In this document: in pieces, positions 63,718 through 64,000 of the stretch
How the letters are laid out: each line of letters starts with the position of its first letter
How positions within the stretch are numbered: position 1 is the first letter of the stretch
NCBI RefSeq assembly: GCF_003704095.1
Contig: NW_020847572.1
Location: forward strand, 372,001-436,000
DNA from: Pocillopora damicornis
Taxonomy: Eukaryota
Length of the DNA: 64,000 nt
Direction of reading: 5' to 3'
Program-made: the position numbers and the translations under genes
The notes under the pieces: model-generated
What the model saw: the letters and a program-made list of their open reading frames with translations, nothing else
What the model was told of the DNA's origin: nothing
The model's database searches: none

Positions 63718-63888
63718 GTATTTTCATGATAAAACACAGACGACTAATGCTGAGGCACCAGGGTATTTTCTGGGCGCTCCAAACATCAGCAAAACTTCCA
63801 CTAGGTTTACGATGCGCTATTGTTAATTCAGTAGTTCTTTCACTCATGTGTACGTTCCTTCATTCGTGGATACTGTGGTGTACTTTGG

Positions 63889-63967
63889 TTCATTCGTTAT
63901 TTCACCAGTTCGTTTTTCCATTCATTCGTTCGTTCGTCCATTTTTTCATTCGTTCTTTCGTTCATTG
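63889..63967. repeat. (TTCG/TTCA)n degenerate microsatellite
   Basis: Visible tetranucleotide repeat in the intron. Confidence 0.75.
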
Positions 63968-64000
63968 GCTTACTCGCCCATTTGCTAATTAGTTAAATTC

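Overview
Animal genomic DNA: AT-rich, with GT-AG spliceosomal introns and six N gaps (24124-24182, 28325-28439, 29706-29965, 31868-31967, 32425-32952, 53622-53721). The repeat families and gene content suggest an anthozoan cnidarian such as a stony coral (inference). Four host genes are present: (1) an aminergic-like class A GPCR with a single coding exon (20778-22283, +), preceded by about 20 kb with no recognisable coding sequence; (2) a 15-exon GPAT3/GPAT4-type glycerol-3-phosphate acyltransferase (25625-33948, -), with one exon and part of another lost in gaps; (3) a two-exon Hhex homeobox gene (45624-46879, -); (4) the first coding exon of a TauD/clavaminate-synthase-like Fe(II)/2OG dioxygenase (63154-63717, +, runs off the window). 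The most interesting element is a decayed ~3.95 kb DNA transposon (55132-59084) with CACAG...CTGTG ends. It carries a RAG1/Transib-type transposase pseudogene with NBD-like, DDBD-like, D-D-E, ZnC2/ZnH2 and C-terminal Cx2Cx3GHx4C motifs. A second gene lies tail-to-tail with it, where ProtoRAG carries RAG2L, but encodes a chromo-barrel/Tudor-knot-like protein rather than a kelch/PHD protein. Other repeats include PIF/Harbinger- and piggyBac-type MITEs, a solo LTR nested in a MITE, a tRNA-derived SINE, Penelope remnants with a hammerhead ribozyme motif, and several tandem and foldback duplications.
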